Part shown: piece by piece, positions 25,815-37,899 of the stretch
Layout: each line of letters starts with the position of its first letter
How positions within the stretch are numbered: the first letter of the stretch is position 1
Source: Mobula hypostoma
Taxonomy: Eukaryota
DNA length: 64,000 nt
Direction of reading: 5' to 3'
Assembly (NCBI RefSeq): GCF_963921235.1
Contig: NC_086097.1
Coordinates: 222,148,001 to 222,212,000 of the forward strand
The notes under the pieces: model-generated
What the model saw: the letters and a program-made list of their open reading frames with translations, nothing else
What the model was told of the DNA's origin: nothing
The model's database searches: none
Position numbers and translations under genes: made by a program

Positions 25815-26684
25815 ACCTGCCGCTTGGCAGTGGGCAAGCAGCACTTCCACATTTCAGCTGCACTTCGCCACAAGGCTCCTGAATTCCATGGCGAATTCAG
25901 CACCAAGCATGAGCCTCGATGCGGGCAAAGTACCTGACCCACTGCCCCCTTTCCACTTCCCGGACAGAACCTGATGCATCTCAACGGTGAATTCTTCATA
26001 ATTATTGCATATGGTGGTTGTATTTTCCCTGTTAGCAAAGGCCCAGGTCAGAGCTCACCCAGTCGGGAGAGAGGTGAACCTCGGCTCACTCTGCAGAATA
26101 CAGAGATGGCCAGAGCTCGAAGTGTAAGGTGCACTGAGACAAGAAGTTGGGGCATCAAGGTGGGGATCCATTGAAGCATTCAGGCAGCAGAATCCGGGGT
26201 TCTGAGGGAGGAGGCTGTCTGTTATGGGGTTGCTGTGTCGAGAAGGAGAGTCGGTTGAGAATGGCAAGCAGATGGTCAATGGTTTCCTGGATCATGTGCT
26301 CCTATCAATGGATGACTTCAGGCAATCATACCCTGTTGGGTCAATTGTGTTTTCATACATCCTGCCAAGAATTGTAGAGGGGGCTTGATGCAAAAGCAGA
26401 GCAGCAGAGATAAGTTAGCAGTAAATGATATTTTACTAATAAACTGCAAAACAAGCCACAAGTGGCCACAAAACAAGAGAGAATAGATGCATAACACAAC
26501 AAAACAACAAGGTAACTTAAGTCTAGGAGAAACTGGTTGAGGCTGGCTGGTTCAATGAGTGAACAAAGAGCTGTGGGTGAGAGTCAGGTTTAAATAGGCT
26601 GCCAGTCATGAGTTGGAAATGAGTGGCAGGTGAATTCTGTTAGCTGAGTGGAGGCTGGGAGGTGTCTGCAGTACAGGCCTGATA
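25815..26684 (-). mobile_element. Degenerate Gypsy remnant: putative LTR (about 26334-26684) and gag 5' portion
   Basis: Minus strand gives YEEFTVEMHQV...EFAMEFRSLVAKCS*NVEVLLAH, resembling the Ty3/Gypsy Retrotrans_gag segment (Y..EFRTLA..GWN.EAL); the LTR-like block has a TATTTAAA box and ends ..CAACA. Confidence 0.6.
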
Positions 26685-27223
26685 GTTGCAGCTTTATAAA
26701 ACTCTAGTGATCCAGAGTTGTTGCATTCAGGGCTAGTCACCCCATTATATGAAGGAGATGGAGGCTATAGAAAGGGTGCAGGATTTATCAGGATGCTGCC
26801 TGGATTACAGGGTATCTTTTGTAAGGAGAGTTTGGACAAACCTGAGTTGTTTTCTCAGGAGCAGCTGAGGCTGAGGGGAAATCTTCAGAGGTTTATAAGA
26901 TGCATAGATGGAATGGACAGATAGTATCTTTTTCCCAGGGTCAAAATGTCTAAAACCAGAGGGCATGTTCTAAGGTTACACAGACTGCAGTGAGTACGTG
27001 GAATGTGTGGTGGTGGAGACAAATATGATACGGGCATTCAAGAAGCTCTTCAAAAGGCATGTGAATGTACAGGAAATGGAAGGATATCAACATTGTGTAG
27101 GCAAAAGGGATTCATTTAGTTGGGTATTTGATTACTAATTTAAATAGTTCAGCACAACACTATGGGCAGAAGGGCCTTTTCCTGTGTTGTGATGTTCTAC
27201 ACTCTACATTTTATGGTCTAGAG

Positions 27224-27314
27224 CAGGGCCTCCCAACCCGGGGTCCATGGACCCCTTGCTTAACGGTATTGGTCAGTGACATGACAAAGGTTGGTTTTAG
27301 ATGGTAAATCCCTG
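27224..27314. mobile_element. hAT-family MITE (Charlie-like), 91 bp
   Basis: CAGGG...CCCTG termini with a perfect 8-bp TSD GTCTAGAG (27216-27223, 27315-27322), matching the NTCTAGAN target preference of hAT-Charlie elements. Confidence 0.9.
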
Positions 27315-28729
27315 GTCTAGAGGGCAAGGGAAATATTGACAAATGTAAACAGATATCAGCATAGAAACAAGTAATCAAGTGACAACATTCTTTGCCTAAG
27401 AATCGCAGCACCACCGTAAAATGACAACTTAAAAATTTTGTGTTAACTATATTTATTTAATAAAAGACAATGTATCAGAATATAATAATAGCTGTTATAA
27501 TTCTGCCATAATACATCAACTCTATGAATGTTAATGTGCAAAATAAAATGTTGGGAAAACATGAGATGATGCTTGAGCATTTCATTGTAATGCATTTTTA
27601 TTTCACTTGAGGGGGCCAAAGTATAATTATTCCGCCATTAAGGCAACTTCAAGGCAACAGTTTTGTGCAATATATTGCCCTGTCTTCGGCATTTGCCCTT
27701 TCAAATATCATTTAGAATTAAAATGCAAGATAACCCCTCAATTAAAGATAGAGTATGCTTTTGGTGTGGCAATTAAATAAACAATGCATTAACATATGAT
27801 AAAGTCATAAAGGTATAGAAGAAGGACTAGAAGGGATCATAAATATAACCATGGATTTACAGCTGTGACACTTACTTAAATTTTGGAGACTTGCTCATCA
27901 TTCTTGGAAGTCATAACCACGTTAACAGCTCTTAATAATGTAGAAAGGCAGAACTCATCCACAACGGTTGCACAACTCCATGAATTATAGTCTGCTATCA
28001 ACTTCCAACAATAAAATTTATCCAATAAAAATACAAAACTGCAAGCACTGCAAATTCAATCAGAAACTGAAGGTGATGGAAATACTGTGTGGTAAATCAG
28101 CACTCACAGAAGAAAAACATAGACGACATGCATCAATAGAACTGGAAATTGAAGTCATTATTAAGCTGGAATGAAAAATAGACAGAAAGTTAATGAATTT
28201 AATTCTTTTCTTTATTAGCAAACTGTTAGATTTTCAAATTTTGTGAACAGTACATCAAGGGTAGCTGTGACTGTCTCAGATGGTAAAGGGAAAATACCTC
28301 CAAAAATAGTTAGGCAGATATGGAGAATGGGTAACATTGCTCATCAGCACTGGCGTCAAACCAGCTCACAACAAACCCATTTTTTTTCTTCTATTGAAAT
28401 CAATAGTGGTGTAATATCAGCAGCTGATTTGCTAAGTAAAGTTTGTCATTTCTGCTAGACCAATTTCAGCCTTAGGAATTTTGAGCGGGGCATTAAAAAT
28501 GCTGAAAAAGCACAGTGCATTTCAATACTGAAGAGACCAAAACACATTAACATGCTACTGCAAAATTCTATTAAAGCTATGATAACATTATTAGTCTGAT
28601 TTCTCTTTCCTTGGATTTCAGGGACTGAAATCCGAGCTGTGTATTTGCTACAATTCCATGTAGAATCACTAGCAAATGCTGCTATTAACAACTCTTGAAT
28701 TATTAGTCTCTCAAATACATCCAAAATTT

Positions 28730-30054
28730 AATTCGAGCAACACACATAAAAGTTGCTGGTGAATGCAGCAGGCCAGGCAGCATCTCTAGGAAGTGACACA
28801 GTCGACGTTTCAGGCCGAGACCCTTCATCAGGACTAACTGAAGGAAGAGTGAGTAAGGGATTTGAAAGTTGGAGGGGGAGGGGGAGATCCAAAATGATAG
28901 GAGAAGACAGGAGGGCGAGGGATGGAGCCAGGAGCTGGACAGGTGATAGGCAAAAGGGATACGAGAGGATCATGGGACAGGAGGTCCGGGAAGAAAGACA
29001 AGGAGGTGGGGGGGGGGGACCCAGAGGATGGGCAAGGGGTATATTCAGAGGGACAGAGGGAGAAAAAGGAGAGTGAGAGAAAGAATGTGTGTATAAAAAT
29101 AAGTAACAGATGGGGTACGAGGGGGAGGTGGGGCATTAGCGGAAGTTAGAGAAGTCAATGTTCATGCCATCAGGTTGGAGGCTACCCAGACGGAATATAA
29201 GGTGTTGTTCCTCCAACCTGAGTGTGGCTTCATCTTTACAGTAGAGGAGGCCGTGGATAGACATGTCAGAATGGGAATGGGATGTGGAATTAAAATGTGT
29301 GGCCTCTGGGAGATCCTACTTTCTCTGGCAGACAGAGCGTAGATGTTCAGCAAAGCGGTCTCCCAGTCTGCGTCGGGTCTCGCCAATATATAAAAGGCCA
29401 CATCGGGAGCACCGGACGCAGTATATCACCCCAGTCGACTCACAGGTGAAGTGTTGCCTCACCTGGAAGGACCGTTTGGGGCCCTGAATGGTGGTAAGGG
29501 AGGAAGTGTAAGGGCATGTGTAGCACTTGTTCCGCTTACACGGATAAGTGCCAGGAGGGAGATCAGTGGGGGGGTTGGGGGGGAACGAATGGACAAGGGA
29601 GTTGCGTAGGGAGTGATCCCTGCGGAATGCGGGGGGGGGAGGGAAAGATGTGCTTAGTGGTGGGATCCCGTTGGAGGTGGCGGAAGTTACGGAGAATAAT
29701 ATGTTGGACCCGGAGGCTGGTGGGGTGGTAGGTGAGGACCAGGGGAACCCTATTCCTAGTGGGGTGGTGGGAGGATGGAGTGAGAGCAGATGTACGTGAA
29801 ATGGGGGAGATGCGTTTAAGAGCAGAGTTGATAGTGGAGGAAGGGAAGCCCCTTTCTTTAAAAAAGGAAGACATCTCTCTCGCCCTAGAATGAAAAGCCT
29901 CATCCTGAGAGCAGATGCGGCGGAGACGGAGGAATTGCGAGAAGGGGATGGCGTTTTTGCAAGAGACAGGGTGAGAAGAGGAATAGTCCAGATAGCTGTG
30001 AGAGTCAGTAGGCTTATAGTAGACATCAGTGGATAAGCTGTCTCCAGAGACAGA
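28730..30054 (-). mobile_element. Penelope-like element, 5'-truncated (RT thumb, GIY-YIG endonuclease, pseudo-LTR)
   Basis: CKRNKCYTC, FTCESTGVIYCVRCSRCGLLYIGETRRRLGDRFAEH; frameshift at the G-run near 29630-29643; stop at 29316-29318. Confidence 0.92.
28800..28835 (-). ncRNA. Minimal hammerhead ribozyme motif in a Penelope pseudo-LTR
   Basis: Minus strand AGTC-CTGATGA-AGGGTCTCGGCCT-GAAA-CGTC-GACT: stem I AGTC/GACT, CUGANGA and GAAA cores, GUC cleavage triplet. Confidence 0.75.
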
Positions 30055-30464
30055 CTGGAGCCCAGAGATTGCTGAGAGCTCACTTATCTGCCTGGCTGAA
30101 ACAGTAACAGAGGTTGCTGATAGATGGAGGGTAGGTATTCAATGAATTGTTCAATTGATTTGGGCAGTTCCGCTCCCAATGTCACATGGCATTTGAACAC
30201 CATTCCCACCATGAGATTTACTAAATGATTCATCTTTTTATGTCTTGCCTCCATCCTCCTAGGGCCATGTTCTTGACATTGACCTGTGCTGCTAAGTTCT
30301 CCCCTTCCTCCTGCAAACATCTGTAGGGTCTCCTGCCTGCATACTCACCCACTCCACTGCCTGTAGATGGGGAAGTTTCATGCATCACCTCTCACCACCT
30401 TTTGCACAAGGAGCCCCACCGCACATTCACTTAGAATTGATGAATCTTGGCGAAATTCAGCTTT

Positions 30465-30720
30465 TGAATTCAGATTCAGGTTTATTTATCACAGGTACAT
30501 TGAAGCACACAGAGAAATGCACCATTTACATTAACAGCCAACACACCCAAGTATGTGCAGGGGGCAGACTACAAGCATTGGCACACATCCTGGTGCCAAC
30601 ATAGCATGCCCACAATGCTTGGCAGAGCAACACAAAACACAATAAGCAACACAACAGCTACAGCACAACAAGTCAGTTCCTCCCTCCCTCCCACCCAAGC
30701 ACGTACCCCAGGACAGGCAT
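30465..30720 (-). mobile_element. LINE 3' UTR fragment (probably Rex1/Babar-like)
   Basis: AATAAA followed by a (TGAATC)-type tail on the minus strand; no coding remnant. Confidence 0.5.
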
Positions 30721-31104
30721 TACTTCCCAGCAAGCACATCAAGTCTGTCCCTAAATGAGACACGGTTTAGGTTCGAGTGGCTTAAATCATTCACAATTGA
30801 TTTATTGATGTATGCAGCCAAAGAGCAGTGCTTTGATTTCGCCTTCAGGCAGCAATCATGGAAAACAGCATGCATTTAAATATAAAGCAACCTGATAAAT
30901 GGACAATTATCATACTTAAATTTTCTTGATCTTAGAAATTAAGATTATATATAATGTTGTTAATAGTTGTCTCTTCAAACTGTCATGTCAGAATACCAGA
31001 GATTTGGCTTCTGTGCAGCATTTATGGTTTAGAGAAAATGGTCTATTGTTAAGTAGAAACCTTCAAAATTCCTTCATGCTCTGAAAAGCATTGAAGCAAG
31101 ACAG

Positions 31105-31645
31105 CAGAATCATAGAGATGTAGAGAAGAGAAACAGGCCCTGCGGTCCAAATAGTCCATGTTGATAATTATGTCCATCTATGCTAGTCCCATTTGCTTGC
31201 GTTTGGCCCATATTGCACAAAATCAACCCTGTGCACAGACTTGTCCGACTGTCTCTTACAAGTTGTTATTATCAGTGCCTCAATCACTTCCCGAGCAGCT
31301 CATACCATATATCTACCACCCTCAGTGTAAACAAGTTGCCCCTCAAGTTTCTATTAAATCTTCCATCTCTCACCTTAAATCTATGCTGCCTAGTTCTTAA
31401 TTCCTCAGCTCTGGGAATAAGACTGAGTACATTCACTGTATCTATACGCTTATGATCTTATAGACTTCTATAAGATCACCTCTTAGTCTCCTGTTGTCCA
31501 TGGAAAGTAGTCCTAGCCTCTCCAACTGCTCCCAATAACTAAGAACCTGGAGTCCTGGCAGCATCTTCCCGATTGCAGTGCAACCAAAACTGAACAAGTG
31601 TGTGGCCTCACTGGCATCTTATACAGCTGCAATATAACATTCCTA
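31105..31645 (-). mobile_element. Old CR1 3' fragment
   Basis: Decayed RLRGDLIEVYKI, ELRTRQHRFKVR and a CTATGATTC-like tail. Confidence 0.75.
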
Positions 31646-33117
31646 TTGTCCTGCATTGGCTACTGAAGCACTTCTTGCACTGGATCTAGAAGGGTACTGC
31701 CGGGTTGTTCATCTTTTGGTCCCTGACAATTACAGTTTTGTTCTCATCAGCAGGCTGCCTCCTCACACCCATAGGATGAAACACCTTCCTCCTGGCCTTA
31801 CCAGGACATATCCTGTGTGATGTTATCTTCTCCTTCTCCACTCCAGCAGCACTTGTGCCTCATCTTCAGCTTCTTTTGGATATTTTGGATCACTTCCTTT
31901 TTAATCAGTGGGTTGAGATCTCATGGAATGAGACACCATTACAGCCATTGACTAAATAGACCAGAAACCCCTGAATAAAAAGACAGAGAAGAGATTGACA
32001 GAAAGCTCTAAATTTCCCAATGTTCTATACACTCCCATCATAATCCAGCACCTTGCACACAGCCCATTATCACTTCTGAACTCCTCACACAAATCATGCC
32101 CTACAAGAAATTTTTATATCTATCTGATTGGTGACTTGCGCTACTTAGATGAAAATTAATGGGATGAGTGTAAAAGTTCCAACTGTAGTCATAGATCACA
32201 ACATTAATCAGAATTATTTACTATTATTATTATTAGTAGAAGTAGTAGTAGTAGTATTATTTCATGAAACATATAAATGTCCCCGATTCATTTCCAGAAA
32301 GGATAACATTGGGGATTATGTGTCAGATCAGTCCAATGCTGATGCTTAATTCAGTGCTAGTATCAGTACTATTTGGCATCAATTTCCCTATAAAGATGCC
32401 CAGATTGAACCTTTACATGAATCAGCATAGAATAATTCAACTATTAAAGAATAAATACCAGAAAGCAAAAATTAATTCATCGGGATATGAAATAGCAGCT
32501 CCATTAAAGTTAGTAATGAACTATTCTGTTTCTATCAAGTTTCGGTTCATATCACCCTGTAGACCCTTGAAATGATAATCATCGACATATCAAGAATTGC
32601 ACTATTAGCTGGATACCAATAAGACCAGGATATGATTTGCAACAGCTCCATGTGGAGTCATGGTTTCTGGGAACGTTAATTTGTCATGGAATCGCAGGTC
32701 ATTCATGAAAATTATTTAGCTCTAAGGCAAGAGTGAACTTCAGCTCGCACACGTTTATGAGCTCCTGATATTGGAGCTTATGATCCGAAAGCTTTCAGGG
32801 TCAGCAGATAATGAGAGCTCGCAGGTATGCTGCCTCTTTCTATAAGTGTTGATACCAATGGTTGCAAAAGTTTGTGTGTAGACAGCTCAAAAGTCAGTTG
32901 TTAACCTTTTAATGTGAAAAATTGATCCCTGAAATATCATGTTATTTTTCAAAACCCAGTCTTAACTTTCTTTGGCAGATCTCAACATTGAAGCTGCTTT
33001 GGTCTTTGGTGATTATTGGTTTGCTTTATGTGTAGTTAGGGTCGGTATTAAATAGAATCCCAGCCATAGCAGACCTCATTGATCCATCATTATGTTGGCA
33101 AACTTCCACCATCTGCA

Positions 33118-33698
33118 ACTTTACTTTACTTTATACTTTATTGTCGCCAAACAATTGGTACTAGAACATACAATCATCAGAGCGATATTTAATTCTGTGC
33201 GTCCTGCTCCCTGGATTACAAATATTAAATATTAAAAATAGTAAAAATTAGTAAATATTAAAAATTTAAGTTATAAATCATAAATAGAAAATAGAAAAAT
33301 GGAAAGTAAGGTAGTGCAAAAAAAACCGAGAGGCAGGTCCAGATATTTGGAGGGTTCAGCCCAGATCTGGGTCAGGATCCGTTCAGCAGCCTTATCACAG
33401 TTGGAAAGAAGCTATTCCCAAATCTGGCTGTACGAGTCTTCAAGCTCCTGAGCCTTCTCCCGGAAGGCACAGGGACAAAAAGTGTGTTGGCTGGGTGAGT
33501 TGTGTCCTTGATTATCCTGGTAGCACTGCTCCGACAGCGTTTGGTGTAAAGTGAGTCCAAGGACGGAAGATTTGTTTGTGTGATGCGCTGCGCCGTGTTC
33601 ACGATCTTCTGCAGCTTCTTTCAGTCTTGGACAGGACAACTTCCATACCAGATTGTGATGCACCCTAGAAGAATGCTTTCTGCAGTGCATCTATAAAA
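33118..33698 (-). mobile_element. Young Rex1/Babar LINE 3' fragment
   Basis: ORF 33372-33602 (TAQRI...IIKDTTHPANTLF..PSGRRLRSL...FGNSFFP..IRLLN); (AAAGT)n tail. Confidence 0.85.
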
Positions 33699-33899
33699 AT
33701 AGAATCCTACATGTGAAAATATACCTTGTACAATTACCGCATGGTATAACTGGAATAAATAGCAAATCCTGCTTTAGCGATACAATTCTATCTGAACAGA
33801 AGAACATTTCAACGCAACACAGTTTTAACCAACTGCTCCCTTATCTTGTAAAAATGTCCCTACTCTTGGAAACGTCTCAACATCTAACTTGTTGCTTTT

Positions 33900-35720
33900 T
33901 AGGGTACATACATGTTACGATATTCCAGATAATTTAGGTCTAGTCTCTTTGCTGTTTTGAAAAATTACCCCTCTTATCCCAGGAATTAACACTATGTAAC
34001 TCGCTGGACCATCTCCAATGCTAGTATATCCTTCCTTAGAGAACAGGATCAAAACTATACACGGTACTTGAAGAGCAGTCTCATCAACACACTGTACTAT
34101 TACATTATAAATACTTTGTATTTTTAAACCACAACTCCCAAACATAAAGACCAATATGTTATTTGCTTTCTAAATACTCATTGTAACTGCATACCAACTT
34201 TTTGTGTTTCATGTAGAAGAACATTTGGATCCTTCTGTACTCTCTCGCTATTGGATAATATCTGCTCTTTGATTAGAAACATAGAAACATAGAAAATAGG
34301 TGCAGGAGTAGGCCATTCGGCCCTTCGAGCCTGCACCGCCATTTATTATGATCATGGCTGATCATCCAACTCAGAACCCAGCCTTCCCTCCATACCCCCT
34401 GACCCCTGTAGCCACAAGGGCCATATCTAACTTCCTTTTAAACATAGCTAATGAACTGGCCTCAACAGTTTGCTGTGGCAGAGAATTCCACAGATTCACC
34501 ACTCTCTGTGTGAAGAAGTTTTTCCTAACCTCGGTCCTAAAAGGCTTCCCCTCTATCCTCAAACTGTGACCCCTCGTTCTAGACCTCCCCAACATCGGGA
34601 ACAATCTTCCTGCATCTAGCCTGTCCAATCCCTTTAGGATCTTATACGTTTCAATCAGATCCCCCCTCAATCTTCTAAATTCCAACGAGTACAAGCCCAG
34701 TTCATCCAGTCTTTCTTCATATGAAAGACCTGCCATCCCAGGAATCAATCTGGTGAACCTTCTTTGTACTCCCTCTATGGCAAAGATGTCTTTCCTCAGA
34801 TTAGGGGACCAAAACTGCACACAATACTCCAGGTGTGGTCTCACCAAGGCCTTGTACAACTGCAGTAGTACCTCCCTGCTCCTGTACTCGAATCCTCTCG
34901 CTATAACTGAAGTAGATGAACTCATATTTTCCCACATGAAATTCCACTTACCTAGTATTTGTCCATGCACAAAACCTATCTACATTCTGTTGTAGGGCCC
35001 AATCATAGAACATTACAGCAACAAAACAGGCCCTTTAGCCCGACTTGTCCATGCTAAAATATTAATCTACCTAATCGCATCGACCTGCACCCAACCATGT
35101 ACCCAACTAAATTCCTCTTAAGCATTGAAATCAAACTCACATCCACTACTTCTACCGGCAGCTCATTCCACACTCGCACCACCCTCATGTTCCCCTTAAA
35201 CACTTCACTTTTCACTCTTAACCCATGACCTCTAGTTCTAGTTTCACCCAATCCCAGCGTAAAAAAAAAGCATGTTTACATTTACCCTATCTCATAATTT
35301 TGCATGCCTAAGTAAGTTATTGCAGTATACTCTCCCATCTAGTTTCAGGTCCTCAGAAAAATTGGATACAGTACCTTACATTCTGCTCCTTTTCTTCAGT
35401 CATTAACAAAAACACTAAATAATGAGAGTCAAGGACGAAATCTTGAAGCCTTCCTCTGGTTATGTCTTTTCAATCAGGAAAAGACCATTTGTTCCAACCC
35501 TGTCTTTGATATGAAAACCAGTCTTCAACCTATTTTAACACACTTACCAATGAGTTTATATCTTGTGCACTTGTCTTTTTTTATGTGGTATCCTGTTGAT
35601 GGTTTTCTGCAAGTCCAAGTACACCAGCAGGTTTTCTTTGTCAAGTCTTCGTTTTATATCCTCGAAGATCACTGGTCTCAAATGAAACTGTTCTGGAAAA
35701 ACAGCTTTCTCAAACCAGAA
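33900..35720 (-). mobile_element. Old CR1 fragments hosting younger CR1 3' ends (34274-34906 and about 35003-35295)
   Basis: Decayed VYLDLQK...IPHK and WQ..FHV.K coding sequence; the host sequence resumes across the young insertion. Confidence 0.7.
34274..34906 (-). mobile_element. Young CR1 3' end, same subfamily as 12553-14055
   Basis: Near-identical to 12554-13192; open ORF2 C-terminus; (TTTCTATG)n tail. Confidence 0.95.
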
Positions 35721-36179
35721 ATCTATTATTCTCATGTTTAATTGAGTCACGTGTTTACTTATCTAATCTTCATGACACTGCGAATTTGTATGCGGTTCAG
35801 GTAATAATTCAGAAAGCATCATCTTTTGATTGAGCTTTTCAATTTTGTTTCTCATAAGCCCTCAGCTAAACATCCTGTATCCTACTTACAGTATGTCATT
35901 AGTCCTTACATGGACCGCAATAACTGGATCCTTCCCCTCACTTCAAAGTTCCTTTCCAATTCAAAAGAGATGTCCTTAAACTCAGATACTGTGCAAACAA
36001 CACAATCTTTGGGGCTCTGTAGAGTCTCCGCTGCAGTAAGAGTCTATTCCCCTACCCTCATTCATATCACTGCCATTTCCCAGACAATTGCCCTCACCCC
36101 ATCTTCCGCCCATGGGAAGAAACTTTTAAGATGGTGTAAAGTCTTTGTTTTACTGTAATAGCCCTAAAGCATTTTCCAG

Positions 36180-37020
36180 AAGGGAAAGTGAATGGAGTTT
36201 CCCTTCCTCCACCATCGATGCTGCCCTCATCCACATTTCCTCCATTTCCCGAACATCTGCGCTCACCCCATCTTCCAGTGATAGAGTTCCTCCTGTCTTT
36301 ACCTACCACTCCGCAACCAACATATCATTCTCCACAATGTCATTCATCTTCAGTAGAATTCTACTAGCAAGCACATCTTTACCTCTCCCACACTCATTGC
36401 TTTCGCAAGGACCACTCCCTCTATGATTCCCTCGTCCACTCATCCTTCCCCACTAATCCTCCTCCTGGCAGTCATCCCTGCAAATGAAAGAAGTGCGACA
36501 CCAGCCCCTTCACCTCCTCCCTCACTTCTAATAAATGCCCCAAACTGTCCTTCTAGGTGAGGCAAATGTATTTATTGTTTAGAGATACAGCACAAAACAG
36601 GCCCTTCCAGCCCAACGATCCGCAACACTCAGCAATCCACCTATTTAGCCCTGGTCTAATCATAGGACAATTTACAATGACCAATTGATGTAAGCACCGG
36701 TACATCTTTGGGCTGTGGAAGGAAACGAGAGCACCCAGAGGAAACACACACAGTCACTGGAAGAACATACAAGCTCCTTACAGAGGGCACCGGAATTGAA
36801 CTCCAGACTCCACTGTCCTGATCTATAACAGTGCTGTGCAAGCCACTGTTCCTCTGAAGGTCTTTGGATCACCTGCTGTATCCAGAACTCCCAGCGCGGC
36901 CTCCCCTATACTGATGAGACCCAACGCAGACTGGGGGACCACTTTGTCGAGCACCTCCGCTCCATCTGCAAGAAACAGAATTTCCTGGTGGCCAACCATT
37001 TGATTTCCAATCCTCATTCT
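36180..37020 (+). mobile_element. Older Penelope-like fragment, split by a V-SINE
   Basis: FPSSTIDAAL..ISSISRTSALTPS..RVP.VFTYH, then after the SINE decayed LY..ETQRRLGDHFVEHLRS. Confidence 0.85.
36566..36848 (-). mobile_element. V-SINE (HE1-like) nested in Penelope
   Basis: Minus strand has GAGTTCAATTCC (B-box) and GGGTGCTCTCGTTTCCTTCCACAGCCCAAAGATGTAC (V-domain-like); ends TCTCTAAACAATAAA. Confidence 0.85.
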
Positions 37021-37899
37021 GAATTGTATTTAATATTTCAGTAATATTTGAGTGATTTTTGTAAATATATTCTTCGATTAAGCATTCTTTGCTTTACATT
37101 ATTCTTTACGTTTATATATAAGAAGCACATGAATGGCATATATCATTATGCCACCACATCACATCTGCGCGCCTCTCTAAAGAAAAGGAAAGTAAAACTA
37201 GGCACACATGAGTTATCCCAGGCTCCCGTGTTTTTCTTTCAATTAATTTCTGGAGTTAGAAAAAAAAAACAGTGGTGATGAGGAACTTTGAAAACGAATC
37301 TGAGGTAATTACCTACCCGTTGAAGCGCAGCACATTTTCTTCGGAAAGCAGAGAGAAGCATTCAAGTTAAAAAAAAATGCAGCATGTGTTTCTATGGAAG
37401 GGGAGACGAATGGTTGAGTTAAAAAAAAAGGCAGAAAATAGACAAAGTTAACAAGCAGCAGGCAACACACACAAAATGCTGGATGAACTCTGGAGAGTAC
37501 TGTCGATGTTTCAGGCCAAAGGGTTTCACTGGATACAGCCATGGGTTCATAAGTAGTGAATATGAGGTGATAATAATTGTACGTTAAAGAGAAGCAGAGA
37601 TGGCTGGCTACATTGGAAAGATAAACATGATCAATTGAAGAAACAGATAACTGAATGATGTATACTGAATGCTTTCAGCAGTATTTTTAAGTAAATGAAA
37701 TAGCCAATGCAAAGCAAATTCCGGTATTACTGAGTGCAAAAGGTGGAAAAGTATACAGTTTGTTTAAAAATTTAAATGCTCCAACCAAACCAGCCGAAAT
37801 CAGCTTTGCTAATATCATGAATGAAACATTTTGAACTGAAACTATTTAAAGATGGTTCACAACTGAAGTCCAATTTACATTTAAAAGAGTAGCTGAAAT

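Larger units (their letters stand above)
24350..27205 (+). mobile_element. Old CR1 ORF2 in three pieces (about 24350-24590, 25380-25812, 26685-27205), interrupted by Rex1 and Gypsy insertions
   Basis: REAGDEIAGALTNIF, PGNYR, SQLGFVRGKLCLTN, YIDFNK and RMLPGL occur in the colinear CR1 order. Confidence 0.8.

Noticed and set aside
28360..28480. CTATTGAAATCAATAG palindrome
   Set aside because: Short; may be the centre of an ancient MITE, but no terminal repeats or TSD could be defined.
31650..31930. Possible Harbinger Myb/SANT-like remnant or exon on the minus strand
   Set aside because: No sustained reading frame or diagnostic motif.
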